DNA of 24,898 bases from an uncultured virus (IMG/VR IMGVR_UViG_3300020050_002145) (IMGVR_UViG_3300020050_002145); one strand, 5' to 3'; positions 1 through 8,427 are shown, counted from the first letter of the stretch. Made by a program: numbers and translations. The notes: a model not told the origin generated them from the sequence alone.

Positions 1-23
1 TATTTGATAGTATGATATAGGGT

Positions 24-556
24 AATGTTCGGTAAGGCTTGGCGGTGTAATGTTGTCATAGTTGCTAATGTTCGTAGTGTTCGGTGCGGGAAAATGCAAT
101 GTTCGGTTATAAGTTATTGATATATAAGGGAAAAGGATAATGTTCGTAATGTTCGGTTCGATATTTAGGTTGGCGGGGTAAATTTAAGCAAAAAGGGAGG
201 TCAAGCACGTCGCTTCATTGTGACGTTGGGAAAAATAAATTTTGACCAAAATATGCGTTGGGTTACCGAACAATCGAACATTACAAAATTAATAGATTTA
301 GATAAGATATGATACGTTTTGATACTGATAAATGATGACATCTGATTACATCTATTACCTAATAGTATCGTAACCCTATATTGTTCGTAATGTTCTTATC
401 AAATCGTGACAGTACCGAACATTAGAACAATAGCAAACTTGATAATTGTTCGGTTAACTTAGTTTGTGCACTATATTGCATCGTGCTCCACACCGCTGCT
501 TCTAACACTGGCTTCAAAGAGTTAGTAAGCTTACTAACTAAAATGACAATTGTTCG
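24..556. repeat. Iteron-like cluster of about 14 copies of AWTGTTCG and close variants, in both orientations
   Basis: Plus-strand copies at 24-31, 67-74, 76-83, 98-105, 139-146, 148-155, 380-387, 389-396, 445-452, 549-556. Reverse copies at 267-274, 275-282, 416-423, 424-431. Several are tandem pairs 8-9 bp apart. The DNA is AT-rich and has no long ORF. Confidence 0.85.
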
Positions 557-602
557 GTACGCTCAACGTGCAGTCCGGCACACCGCTGCTTCAAACACTG
601 GC
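489..602. repeat. 24-bp direct repeat CACACCGCTGCTTC(T/A)AACACTGGC, two copies
   Basis: 489-512 and 579-602, one mismatch, 90-bp period. Confidence 0.9.
520..539. promoter_or_regulatory. Perfect 20-bp palindrome AGTTAGTAAGCTTACTAACT, copy 1 (putative protein-binding or recombination site)
   Basis: The sequence equals its own reverse complement, and an identical copy lies at 1598-1617. Function is inferred. Confidence 0.7.
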
Positions 603-628
603 ATCGTAGGTATACAAAAATTAAGACG

Positions 629-653
629 AAAAAAAAGCCCGCCGAAGCGGGCT
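629..653 (-). terminator. Rho-independent terminator
   Basis: Minus strand AGCCCGC-TTCG-GCGGGCT followed by a T tract, with a C(UUCG)G tetraloop, immediately downstream of the stop at 658. Confidence 0.92.
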
Positions 654-657
654 AAAA

Positions 658-864
658 TTAAGCAGTGACTTGCTTTGCAAGCTCATCTTGAAAACTAGGT
701 TTTTCATGAAAACAAATTAGATCATCTTCATCCATATCGTACATATAAACGGCTTGGTATCCATAACATACCATGTTGTAAATTTCCCAGATGTCTTTTT
801 CTTGATTTGCGAAAGCCGAGAATGAATTTCCTTTTGCATCGATGTAGTTGACTTTGTATTTCAT
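658..864 (-). CDS. Small hypothetical protein (68 aa, MKYKVNYIDAKG...), probable early gene
   Basis: ATG at 864 preceded by a GGAGGT RBS (872-877). The track start at 909 lies in or beyond the upstream terminator, so it was trimmed. Confidence 0.8.
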   Translation of the reverse strand: MKYKVNYIDAKGNSFSAFANQEKDIWEIYNMVCYGYQAVYMYDMDEDDLICFHEKPSFQDELAKQVTA

Positions 865-877
865 TTTTAACACCTCC

Positions 878-907
878 AAAAAAACCCCAGATATTTCTAT
901 CTGGGGC
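878..907 (-). terminator. Rho-independent terminator
   Basis: Minus strand CCCCAGATA-GAAA-TATCTGGGG-TTTTTTT, just downstream of the stop at 924. Confidence 0.9.
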
Positions 908-923
908 AAAGTTAAACAACAAA

Positions 924-1457
924 TTAAACTGCAGGAATCATTCCCTTGACTGTCTTAATAAGCTTGACTGTCTCGACTAAGTCGAATTCAGCATTCTCTA
1001 ACTTATTAAGTTTTGCTAGTACTTCATCAAGCTTGGCTTGAATCTTTTGCAATTCAGACTTGCTAGACTCTTGTGCTCCAGTACCATTATCTTCCATACC
1101 TGCAGCAACTCGTGCATCATGTTCAGCCTTTTTAAGCTTGCGCTCAACTAAACCTAACAGACTGCCGATTTCATTTTGCGCTAACTTTTTCTGAATCTTT
1201 TGATTCGCATCAAGAGTCTTGGTATCTTTCAATAACAAGTTTTGCTTGGCACTGCTAAAAGTTGAGACGATAATCGACTTGACTTGAGCACGAAGTTTTT
1301 CAGTCTCGCCGGTTTTGGTTTTGGCTAGATCAACTGAAGTAATACCATCAGCACTAAGTGAATCAGTAACTGAAGTCCACTTAGTTTCAAGCTTGTTGTG
1401 ATCCTTAATAGTTGCTGCTAAAACTTCTTGTGACTTCGCTGAAATTACTTTAGACAT
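924..1457 (-). CDS. Lys-rich helical/coiled-coil hypothetical protein (177 aa, MSKVISAKSQ...), probable early gene
   Basis: ATG at 1457 with a GAGGT RBS (1463-1467). It has its own promoter upstream and terminator downstream. No family recognised. Confidence 0.8.
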   Translation of the reverse strand: MSKVISAKSQEVLAATIKDHNKLETKWTSVTDSLSADGITSVDLAKTKTGETEKLRAQVKSIIVSTFSSAKQNLLLKDTKTLDANQKIQKKLAQNEIGSLLGLVERKLKKAEHDARVAAGMEDNGTGAQESSKSELQKIQAKLDEVLAKLNKLENAEFDLVETVKLIKTVKGMIPAV

Positions 1458-1515
1458 ATAACACCTCATTAAGATAATCGGAACATGTCGACATGACTTG
1501 TTGACCGATGTATGA

Positions 1516-1544
1516 ACTATAAACAAGTTAACACTAGATCGCAA
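1516..1544 (-). promoter_or_regulatory. Sigma70-like leftward promoter
   Basis: Minus strand TTGCGA (1544-1539), 17-nt spacer, TATAGT (1521-1516), with an AT-rich upstream tract; about 60 nt before the ATG at 1457. Confidence 0.7.
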
Positions 1545-1597
1545 TAGATAATCAAATTAAATTTAATCTGATATGATCTGATAAGATAATAAAATAA

Positions 1598-1617
1598 AGT
1601 TAGTAAGCTTACTAACT
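1598..1617. promoter_or_regulatory. Perfect 20-bp palindrome AGTTAGTAAGCTTACTAACT, copy 2
   Basis: Identical to 520-539. Sits between the divergent early promoter and the terminase operon. Confidence 0.7.
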
Positions 1618-1620
1618 ATG

Positions 1621-1773
1621 CCGAACCCACCGTATCCCGACCCCCCCAAATGGCGGGTAGGAGTCCCATGCTGTCTAGTATTACTAATATAAACAAACAA
1701 TGACCACCCCCCGTACCATAATATTATTTTGACAACATTGACCCCACCCCCCTCGATATAGGAAATGCCCCCC
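1621..1773. other. C-tract-rich non-coding segment upstream of the terminase (candidate packaging or genome-end signal)
   Basis: C runs at 1641-1647, 1704-1712, 1742-1752, 1768-1773, three of them preceded by (T)GA. Function is inferred from position only. Confidence 0.4.
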
Positions 1774-1814
1774 TATGTCTTTAGGTACCATGCCCTATTT
1801 AAAATTTTATTTTT

Positions 1815-2474
1815 ATGGTATCTTCGAGCCTTCGATACAGCATGGCTGTGTTTGCGACTATGATTAATGCTATCCCTGACTTAGGTGTTGAGTTGCCATT
1901 TGGTGATGTTGCGTTCCATGACTTAAAGGAACGTGCGGCTGCTGCATGTGCGACAATTGACTTACTAGTTGAGAATGGCTTACCTCCTGAGGTACTTGAA
2001 CCAACGGATGCTGATAAAGAACTTATTGCAGGAATACTGGAGTCCTTTGCAGAAGATGAGCAGAAGACTAACCAAGCGTTAACAACTACTAGGATGTCAA
2101 ACATGACACCGGCGGCATTAATCGGCGTACATGAAACACTGAAAGATTTTAGCCATGCAGTGGTTAAGAACGCTTTACAGATAAGACACCTTGTAACGAA
2201 CAAACTGATACTTGAAACAGCAAGCCCTGATCCAAGAGTACGGATACGTGCACTAGAATTATTGGGCAAGATTTCGGATGTAGGGTTGTTTACCGACAGG
2301 TCAGAAGTAACAGTTACGCACCGTTCAACAGACGAGCTACGAAATTCCCTGCGTGAAAAACTGCAGAGCTTAAAGCAACAAAATGATGTAACAGATGTAG
2401 AAGTAAAGGAAAGCGAAGAAACAGAAGAGCCTGAGTTCAATTTAGACGAAGAACTAGGATTACCAGATGCTTGA
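1815..2474 (+). CDS. Putative terminase small subunit (true start may be ATG 1842 or 1860)
   Basis: Overlaps the start of the large terminase. The C-terminal RIRALELLGKISDVGLFTDRSEV segment resembles the small-terminase oligomerisation region. Acidic tail. Confidence 0.65.
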   Translation: MVSSSLRYSMAVFATMINAIPDLGVELPFGDVAFHDLKERAAAACATIDLLVENGLPPEVLEPTDADKELIAGILESFAEDEQKTNQALTTTRMSNMTPAALIGVHETLKDFSHAVVKNALQIRHLVTNKLILETASPDPRVRIRALELLGKISDVGLFTDRSEVTVTHRSTDELRNSLREKLQSLKQQNDVTDVEVKESEETEEPEFNLDEELGLPDA

Positions 2475-4032
2475 TTCGGCTATGGCAGATGCACTATTAG
2501 ATATGTCCGATGAGGACATTGAAACGCTTTTGCAGAACTTCGATAAGTTCGATGCCGCAGAACAGCAAGAGATACTAGAAATTGCAGACACCCTAGCTGA
2601 AAGAAAGAAATCTGCTAGTGCTCGTAATGATTTAATAGAATTCTGTAAAGCTATGCAACCTGACTACAAGGTTGGTAAACATCATAGGATTCTGGCAGAC
2701 TTGTTAATGCAACTTGCTGAAGGTCGGCAGGATAGGGTATGCGTAAACATACCGCCTAGACATGGTAAGTCTCAACTTGTTTCTATTTATTTCCCTGCAT
2801 GGTTTATAGGGCGACAGCCTAATAAGAAGGTCTTAATGGTGTCACACACCACAGACTTAGCGGTAGACTTTGGTAGAAAAGTAAGGAACTTAATTGACAC
2901 AGACACGTACAGAAAAATCTTTCCAACAGTTACTCTTGCCGCAGACAGTAAGTCAGCAGGACGATGGAACACGAATGTTGGTGGAGAATACTTCGCCTGT
3001 GGCGTTGGTTCAGCGTTGGCTGGTCGAGGTGCCGACCTTTTACTTGTTGACGACCCGCACAACGAACAAGACATCATCAACGGAAACTTCGATGTATTTG
3101 ACAAAGCGTACGAGTGGTTCACATACGGAGCACGGACACGTTTAATGCCGGGTGGTAGGGTAGCAATTATCCAAACTCGTTGGCACTTAGATGATTTGAC
3201 AGGTCGTGTTTTAAAAGATATGGGGCTAAACGAAGCCGCCGACCAGTACGAAGTCGTAGAATTTCCAGCTATATTAGAAGTTAAGAAGAACGAAGAAATT
3301 GTAGAAAAAGCTCTATGGCCTGAGTTTTTTGACCTAGAAGCACTGCACCGTACTAAAGCCTCAATGCCACTGTTCCAGTGGAACGCTCAATACCAACAAA
3401 ATCCTACTGCCGAAGAAGCTGCACTAATTAAACGTGATTGGTGGAAGGTATGGAAAAAAGAAGACCCGCCATCTTGTGAATATATTATTATGTCGCTGGA
3501 TGCTGCAGCAGAGTCACATAACCGAGCCGACTTTACAGCCTTAACAACTTGGGGTGTGTTCTTCAACGAAGAGGCAAGCGCATACCATATAATATTATTA
3601 AACAGTATCAAGCGAAGGGTTGAGTTCCCAGAGTTAAAACGCCTAGCTTATGAAGAGTATGAAGAGTGGGAGCCGGACTCGTTCATAGTGGAGAAGAAGA
3701 GTTCAGGTGTTGCTCTCTATCAAGAGTTAAGACGTATGGGTGTGATGGTGCAGGAGTTCACCCCGCATCGTGGGACAGGCGACAAGATGGCACGACTAAA
3801 TTCTGTTGCAGATATTGTACAGTCTGGGTTGGTATGGGTTCCCGAGACACGGTGGGCAGAAGAGCTAGTTGAAGAGGTAGCAGGGTTTCCGTTCGTATCT
3901 CACGATGACTTGGTGGATGCTACCGTGATGGTGTTGATGAGATTTAGACAAGGCGGGTTCATACGTTTACCGACGGACGAGCCAGAAGATATTAAATACT
4001 TTAAGAGCCGTAGACACGGCGGGTACTACTAA
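2467..4032 (+). CDS. terL: Terminase large subunit
   Basis: Walker A VNIPPRHGKS, Walker B LLLVDDP, motif III IIQTRWH, YQQNP, and RNase H-like nuclease acidic motifs MSLDAA and HDDLVDA. Confidence 0.97.
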   Translation: MLDSAMADALLDMSDEDIETLLQNFDKFDAAEQQEILEIADTLAERKKSASARNDLIEFCKAMQPDYKVGKHHRILADLLMQLAEGRQDRVCVNIPPRHGKSQLVSIYFPAWFIGRQPNKKVLMVSHTTDLAVDFGRKVRNLIDTDTYRKIFPTVTLAADSKSAGRWNTNVGGEYFACGVGSALAGRGADLLLVDDPHNEQDIINGNFDVFDKAYEWFTYGARTRLMPGGRVAIIQTRWHLDDLTGRVLKDMGLNEAADQYEVVEFPAILEVKKNEEIVEKALWPEFFDLEALHRTKASMPLFQWNAQYQQNPTAEEAALIKRDWWKVWKKEDPPSCEYIIMSLDAAAESHNRADFTALTTWGVFFNEEASAYHIILLNSIKRRVEFPELKRLAYEEYEEWEPDSFIVEKKSSGVALYQELRRMGVMVQEFTPHRGTGDKMARLNSVADIVQSGLVWVPETRWAEELVEEVAGFPFVSHDDLVDATVMVLMRFRQGGFIRLPTDEPEDIKYFKSRRHGGYY

Positions 4033-4046
4033 GAGTAGGGGGGAGC

Positions 4047-4949
4047 ATGTCTAAACTAGACGACTTAATTAAATCAAGTGATACGCTGCGTTCATTGGCT
4101 AATACGTTTGGTATGAAGCAAGAGATAGAGGTGCCTCCAGAGTTACCATCCGCTGATTTAGGGGAAACTAAATATGGTCTTCTTGACCAAAACCCACTAT
4201 ACGCAGTACCCCGTTCAACTATACCTACAGACTTACCGCAGAATATTCGTGCATATAGAGCAGACCCTACTGGTAAATTTGGGGGTAAAGAAGGAATTGA
4301 AACCTTACCAATTAATCGTTTTTTAAAAGGTGGAGACCAATACCACCCACAAAACTTAGACCCTAAAACTTCTACTACATATACTGACCCATCTAAAGCG
4401 GTACAAGAAATATATCGCTACGCACGACTTGCGGGAGCCGCAGAAAAAGATGGACTACCTACAGTTTCTTCTCAAGAATTAGCTAGTTTTATTCTACAAG
4501 AAGGGCGGTCAGACGCAGGTATGAGTGGTGGTTCTTATGGCGGTAACTATGTTAATAAGCTTAAGAAAGATTTAACAAGTAAATATAATATTCCTAATGA
4601 AGATGTAAACTTTTTAATTACAGTAGCAGATAAAAAACGTATTGCAGATAAGCTTGGTATTTCATTTGCAGAAGCATGGAACGGCACAGGTAAGAGTATT
4701 GCAGGTAAAACAGGTAAAGATTATGCTAGAGAGATGGAAGGCACTTCTAAAATTGCTGAACATCCAAAAAATGCAGAGCTAATGGCAATAATCAAAAAAG
4801 GTATTGAAGATGGTAAAAAGCATGGGCTACCGTTAAACGAAAATGCGTATAAAGATTCTATATATAGTAAAAAGAAAGTTCCCTACAACGCAGGTGGCGG
4901 GGTGCAAATGCCAAATGACTACTCAGATGGTAACTGGAGGCTAATATGA
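4047..4949 (+). CDS. Hypothetical protein, possibly lysozyme/transglycosylase-like; carries the shared C-terminal tag
   Basis: 300-aa ORF with RBS. LASFILQEGR and FAEAWNGTG resemble the catalytic Glu helix and the AxYNxG motif of lysozyme-like folds (weak, by eye). Ends YNAGGGVQMPNDYSDGNWRLI. Confidence 0.5.
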   Translation: MSKLDDLIKSSDTLRSLANTFGMKQEIEVPPELPSADLGETKYGLLDQNPLYAVPRSTIPTDLPQNIRAYRADPTGKFGGKEGIETLPINRFLKGGDQYHPQNLDPKTSTTYTDPSKAVQEIYRYARLAGAAEKDGLPTVSSQELASFILQEGRSDAGMSGGSYGGNYVNKLKKDLTSKYNIPNEDVNFLITVADKKRIADKLGISFAEAWNGTGKSIAGKTGKDYAREMEGTSKIAEHPKNAELMAIIKKGIEDGKKHGLPLNENAYKDSIYSKKKVPYNAGGGVQMPNDYSDGNWRLI

Positions 4950-5785
4950 CTAAAGAAGAATGGGAAAAACTTACGCCATACATGAAACGTGTATTGTCAA
5001 AAGAAGGCGCATTCCCGAGCTTTACAGAAAAAGCTCCTGAAAAAGGACAGCCATACACCAATGTTGGAGTTATGAACTCCCCTGAATATACTATGGGTAT
5101 GACTTCAAATGTGGGAGGGTTTACTATAGACCCAGAAAAACCAGACTTACCTACTAGTGATCGTTCTACTATTAGAGTGTATAACAGAGAAGAGCAAGAG
5201 AAAAATCCAAAACAAGCGTTTGTAACTCGTGCACATGAAGCAGAACATGCGTTGGCGGGTCAAGGTTTAGGTAATCACGCAGAACTAAACCCTCTATGGG
5301 ACAAAATGACAGAAAATACTCGAAACTCTAGCAGAGGAGCTATTGTAGATCGTTTGGTAAAAAATTCTGATTATTTAGTAAATAATTGGGGCTTACGTCC
5401 TGAAGATGCAGATAGAGGATATTTTTCAAAACAAGTATTAAAGCGTAGAGATGGACATAACTTTTTGTATGAACAGTTGTCAACAATATCTGCGCTAGAA
5501 CAGCAAACAGGAAAACGATTTGTAGAAGACCCGTATGTACGTAAAAACATATTAAAGACTCCTGCAGAACGTGAAGCATACGAAGCACTAACAGGATTAC
5601 GTCAGACTAGACTAGACGCAAAAGATTTACCACCATACACTCGTCAGCCGGGTTCTACATCTATTAAGAGTGACCCAGATAACGCTGGAGTTTTAGATAA
5701 AGTTAAATCTATGCTTGGTTTTGAACAAGGCGGAGCTGTAAAAATGCCGGACGAGTATTCCAAAGGTAGTTGGAAGTTAATTTAA
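4946..5785 (+). CDS. Putative zincin-like metallopeptidase; carries the shared C-terminal tag
   Basis: HExxH motif (RAHEAEHALAG) with a possible third ligand Glu downstream (YEQLS). ATGA overlap with the upstream gene. Ends FEQGGAVKMPDEYSKGSWKLI. Confidence 0.55.
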   Translation: MTKEEWEKLTPYMKRVLSKEGAFPSFTEKAPEKGQPYTNVGVMNSPEYTMGMTSNVGGFTIDPEKPDLPTSDRSTIRVYNREEQEKNPKQAFVTRAHEAEHALAGQGLGNHAELNPLWDKMTENTRNSSRGAIVDRLVKNSDYLVNNWGLRPEDADRGYFSKQVLKRRDGHNFLYEQLSTISALEQQTGKRFVEDPYVRKNILKTPAEREAYEALTGLRQTRLDAKDLPPYTRQPGSTSIKSDPDNAGVLDKVKSMLGFEQGGAVKMPDEYSKGSWKLI

Positions 5786-5794
5786 GGACAGATC

Positions 5795-8233
5795 ATGGCA
5801 ACTAATATGATGGATAAGGGCTTGTACTCCGCCCCACAAGGTATAGAGCAGCTAGATAATCAAGATATGCCGGACTTTGAGATTGAGTCTGATGCACTAA
5901 ACATGCTCCCTGACGGTAGCGTAGAGGTAACTCTTGAAAAAGAAGCCGTAATGTTGGGCGACGAAGAGGGTGAGTTTGACGAAAATCTTGCTGAAAACAT
6001 GGATGAGGACGAGTTAAATCTTCTTGCATCCGAGTTAATCGAAGAAGTAGAAGCCGATATTAACTCACGTAAAGATTGGGCGGAAACATACGTCAGAGGA
6101 TTAGAAGTATTAGGCTTTAAATACGAACAACGTACTGAACCGTGGGACGATGCTTGCGGTGTTTACTCTACAGTGCTTGCAGAAGCAGCGATTCGCTTCC
6201 AAGCTGAGACTATGTCAGAGACTTTTCCTGCGTCAGGTCCTGTAAAAACTAAAATTATAGGTGTTATAGACAAGGTAAAAGAGGATGCAGCACGTCGTGT
6301 ACAGAACGACATGAACTATAAGCTCACCGAAGAGATGGTTGAGTATAGATCAGAGCATGAACGCATGTTATATAGCTTGGGTTTGGCGGGTTCATCGTTC
6401 AAAAAAGTATATTTTGACCCTACTTTAGGTCGTCAAGCAGCAGTTTATATATCTGCAGAAGACGTAATCGTGCCTTATGGTGCAGCACATATACAGTCAG
6501 CCGAGCGTGTTACACATGTGATGCGTAAAACTGAGAATGAGATGGCGAAACTGCAAGCTGCGGGCTTTTATCGTGAGATAGATTTAGGTGAACCACAGAG
6601 CTTTTTCACTGATATAGAGAAAAAGAAGGCTGAAGAAGGTGGATACACACTAACTGATGACAACAGATACACAGTTTATGAGATTCACGCCGATTTAGCT
6701 ATAGAAGGTATAGATGAGGACAAAGATTTAGACACTCAGCTTGCTAAACCTTACGTAGTAACTATAGAAGTAGGCACAGAAACTGTATTAGCTATTCGTC
6801 GTAATTGGAATCCGAAAGACGAGCTAAAATTAAAAGAAAATCATTTTGTACATTACGTATATATACCGGGATTTGGCTTCTATGGCTTGGGTCTTATCCA
6901 TATTATTGGTGGTTATGCTCGTGCGGGTACTTCTATCATTCGTCAATTAGTTGATGCAGGTACGTTATCTAACCTGCCGGGTGGTCTGAAGTCACGTGGT
7001 TTGCGTATTAAAGGTGACGATACGCCGATTGGTCCGGGCGAATTTAAAGACGTAGATATTCCGAGTGGGGCACTCAAAGACAACATCATGTTGTTGCCAT
7101 ATAAAGAGCCTAGTCAGGTTCTAGCAGCGTTACTTCAAACGATTACTGAAGAAGGTCGTCGTCTAGGTGCGATTAGTGACATGAACGTAAGTGATATGTC
7201 TGCCAATGCTCCTGTAGGTACAACTCTAGCTATCTTAGAGCGCACATTAAAACCTATGGCTGCAGTCATGGCACGTGTGCACTTCGCTATGAAGATGGAG
7301 TTCAAGCTTTTAAAGAACATCATTCGTGACTACACACCGAAAGAGTACGACTACAAGCCTGACGTAGACGAGGATCGTAAGACTAAGCAAGCCGACTATG
7401 ACATGGTTGAGGTTATACCTGTCAGTGATCCTAATGCTACAACGATGGCACAGCGTATTGTGCAGTATCAAGCAGCGTTCCAGATGGCGCAGTCTGCTCC
7501 AAACATCTATGACATGCCATATCTGCATAGACAGATGATAGAAATACTAGGTGTGAAGAACGTAGACAAGATTATTCCTAACTCTGCTGATCCAAAACCG
7601 AAAGACCCGATCTCCGAGAACATGGCAATACTGGTAAACAAGCCAGTAAAAGCGTTTATCTATCAAGATCACAAGGCGCATATAGCTACGCACACAGCGT
7701 TTATGCAAGACCCAATAATTGCACAGACTATTGGACAAAATCCTCAAGCTGCACAGATGATGGGTGCACTCCAAGCGCATATCGCAGAACATCTTGCGTT
7801 CGATTATCGTGTACGTATTGAAGAACAACTCGGTGCTCAGTTACCTGCCCCAGATGAAGAGATGCCAGAAGAGATAGAAGTGCAGTTATCTCGCTTGGTT
7901 GCCGATGCGGGTAGACAACTCACACAAACAAGTCAACAACAAGCTGCTCAACAGCAAGCACAACAGCAAGCGCAAGACCCACTGTTCCAATTGGAGCAAG
8001 CCAAGCTACAAATACAACAGCAAGAACAGCAACGTAAGGCTACTAAAGACCAAACTGACGCTGCGATTGCCGCACAGAAGCTACAACTGGACAAAGAACG
8101 TGTACAGATCGAGGCAGCTAAAGAAGGCACACGTGTTCAGTCCCAAGAACGTCAAGCAAACAACAGACTTAAGTTTGACGCATTGAAGATGTTGGCAACA
8201 CCAACGAAACAAAACCCACCGAAAGGTAGCTAA
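5795..8233 (+). CDS. Portal protein (P22-like, long Gln-rich C-terminal coiled coil)
   Basis: 812 aa, downstream of terL. Motifs LAEAAIRFQA, GSSFKKVYFD, PGFGFYGLGLIH, RQLVDAGTLSN. Q-rich helical tail. Confidence 0.9.
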   Translation: MATNMMDKGLYSAPQGIEQLDNQDMPDFEIESDALNMLPDGSVEVTLEKEAVMLGDEEGEFDENLAENMDEDELNLLASELIEEVEADINSRKDWAETYVRGLEVLGFKYEQRTEPWDDACGVYSTVLAEAAIRFQAETMSETFPASGPVKTKIIGVIDKVKEDAARRVQNDMNYKLTEEMVEYRSEHERMLYSLGLAGSSFKKVYFDPTLGRQAAVYISAEDVIVPYGAAHIQSAERVTHVMRKTENEMAKLQAAGFYREIDLGEPQSFFTDIEKKKAEEGGYTLTDDNRYTVYEIHADLAIEGIDEDKDLDTQLAKPYVVTIEVGTETVLAIRRNWNPKDELKLKENHFVHYVYIPGFGFYGLGLIHIIGGYARAGTSIIRQLVDAGTLSNLPGGLKSRGLRIKGDDTPIGPGEFKDVDIPSGALKDNIMLLPYKEPSQVLAALLQTITEEGRRLGAISDMNVSDMSANAPVGTTLAILERTLKPMAAVMARVHFAMKMEFKLLKNIIRDYTPKEYDYKPDVDEDRKTKQADYDMVEVIPVSDPNATTMAQRIVQYQAAFQMAQSAPNIYDMPYLHRQMIEILGVKNVDKIIPNSADPKPKDPISENMAILVNKPVKAFIYQDHKAHIATHTAFMQDPIIAQTIGQNPQAAQMMGALQAHIAEHLAFDYRVRIEEQLGAQLPAPDEEMPEEIEVQLSRLVADAGRQLTQTSQQQAAQQQAQQQAQDPLFQLEQAKLQIQQQEQQRKATKDQTDAAIAAQKLQLDKERVQIEAAKEGTRVQSQERQANNRLKFDALKMLATPTKQNPPKGS

Positions 8234-8427
8234 TGGCAAAAACTGTATTTGATGTCTTGGTAGACAAGATAAACGAACAAATCGAGATCAACCAAGAGGC
8301 TTTAGTCTCTGGTACGTGTCAAGATTTTGCTAAATATAAAGAATTGTGTGGCGTGATTCATGGTCTAGCGACTGCACGTAGAGAAATAAAAGACCTTGCT
8401 AAATATACGGAAGAAAACGATGACTGA
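8233..8427 (+). CDS. Small hypothetical phage protein (64 aa)
   Basis: TAATG coupling to the portal. Helical DFAKYKELCGVIHGL segment. Lies between portal and GroES. Confidence 0.8.
   Translation: MAKTVFDVLVDKINEQIEINQEALVSGTCQDFAKYKELCGVIHGLATARREIKDLAKYTEENDD

Noticed and set aside
67..155. LexA/SOS boxes (GTTC repeats)
   Set aside because: The spacing is GTTC-N5-GTTC, which matches neither alphaproteobacterial GTTC-N7-GTTC nor Gram-positive GAAC-N4-GTTC
489..602. Mini CRISPR array
   Set aside because: Only two repeats, a 66-bp interval that is itself made of other local repeats, and no cas genes in the window
483..668. 61-aa plus-strand ORF
   Set aside because: Runs through the direct repeats, the palindrome and a terminator, with no RBS; the repeated HTAASNTG is a by-product of the DNA repeat
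1799..2440. 213-aa minus-strand ORF
   Set aside because: Antisense shadow of the putative small terminase; Ser-rich, with no RBS or motif
7948..8130. Cys-rich minus-strand ORF resembling a metallothionein
   Set aside because: It is the reverse complement of the CAA/CAG/GCA codons of the portal's Gln-rich coil
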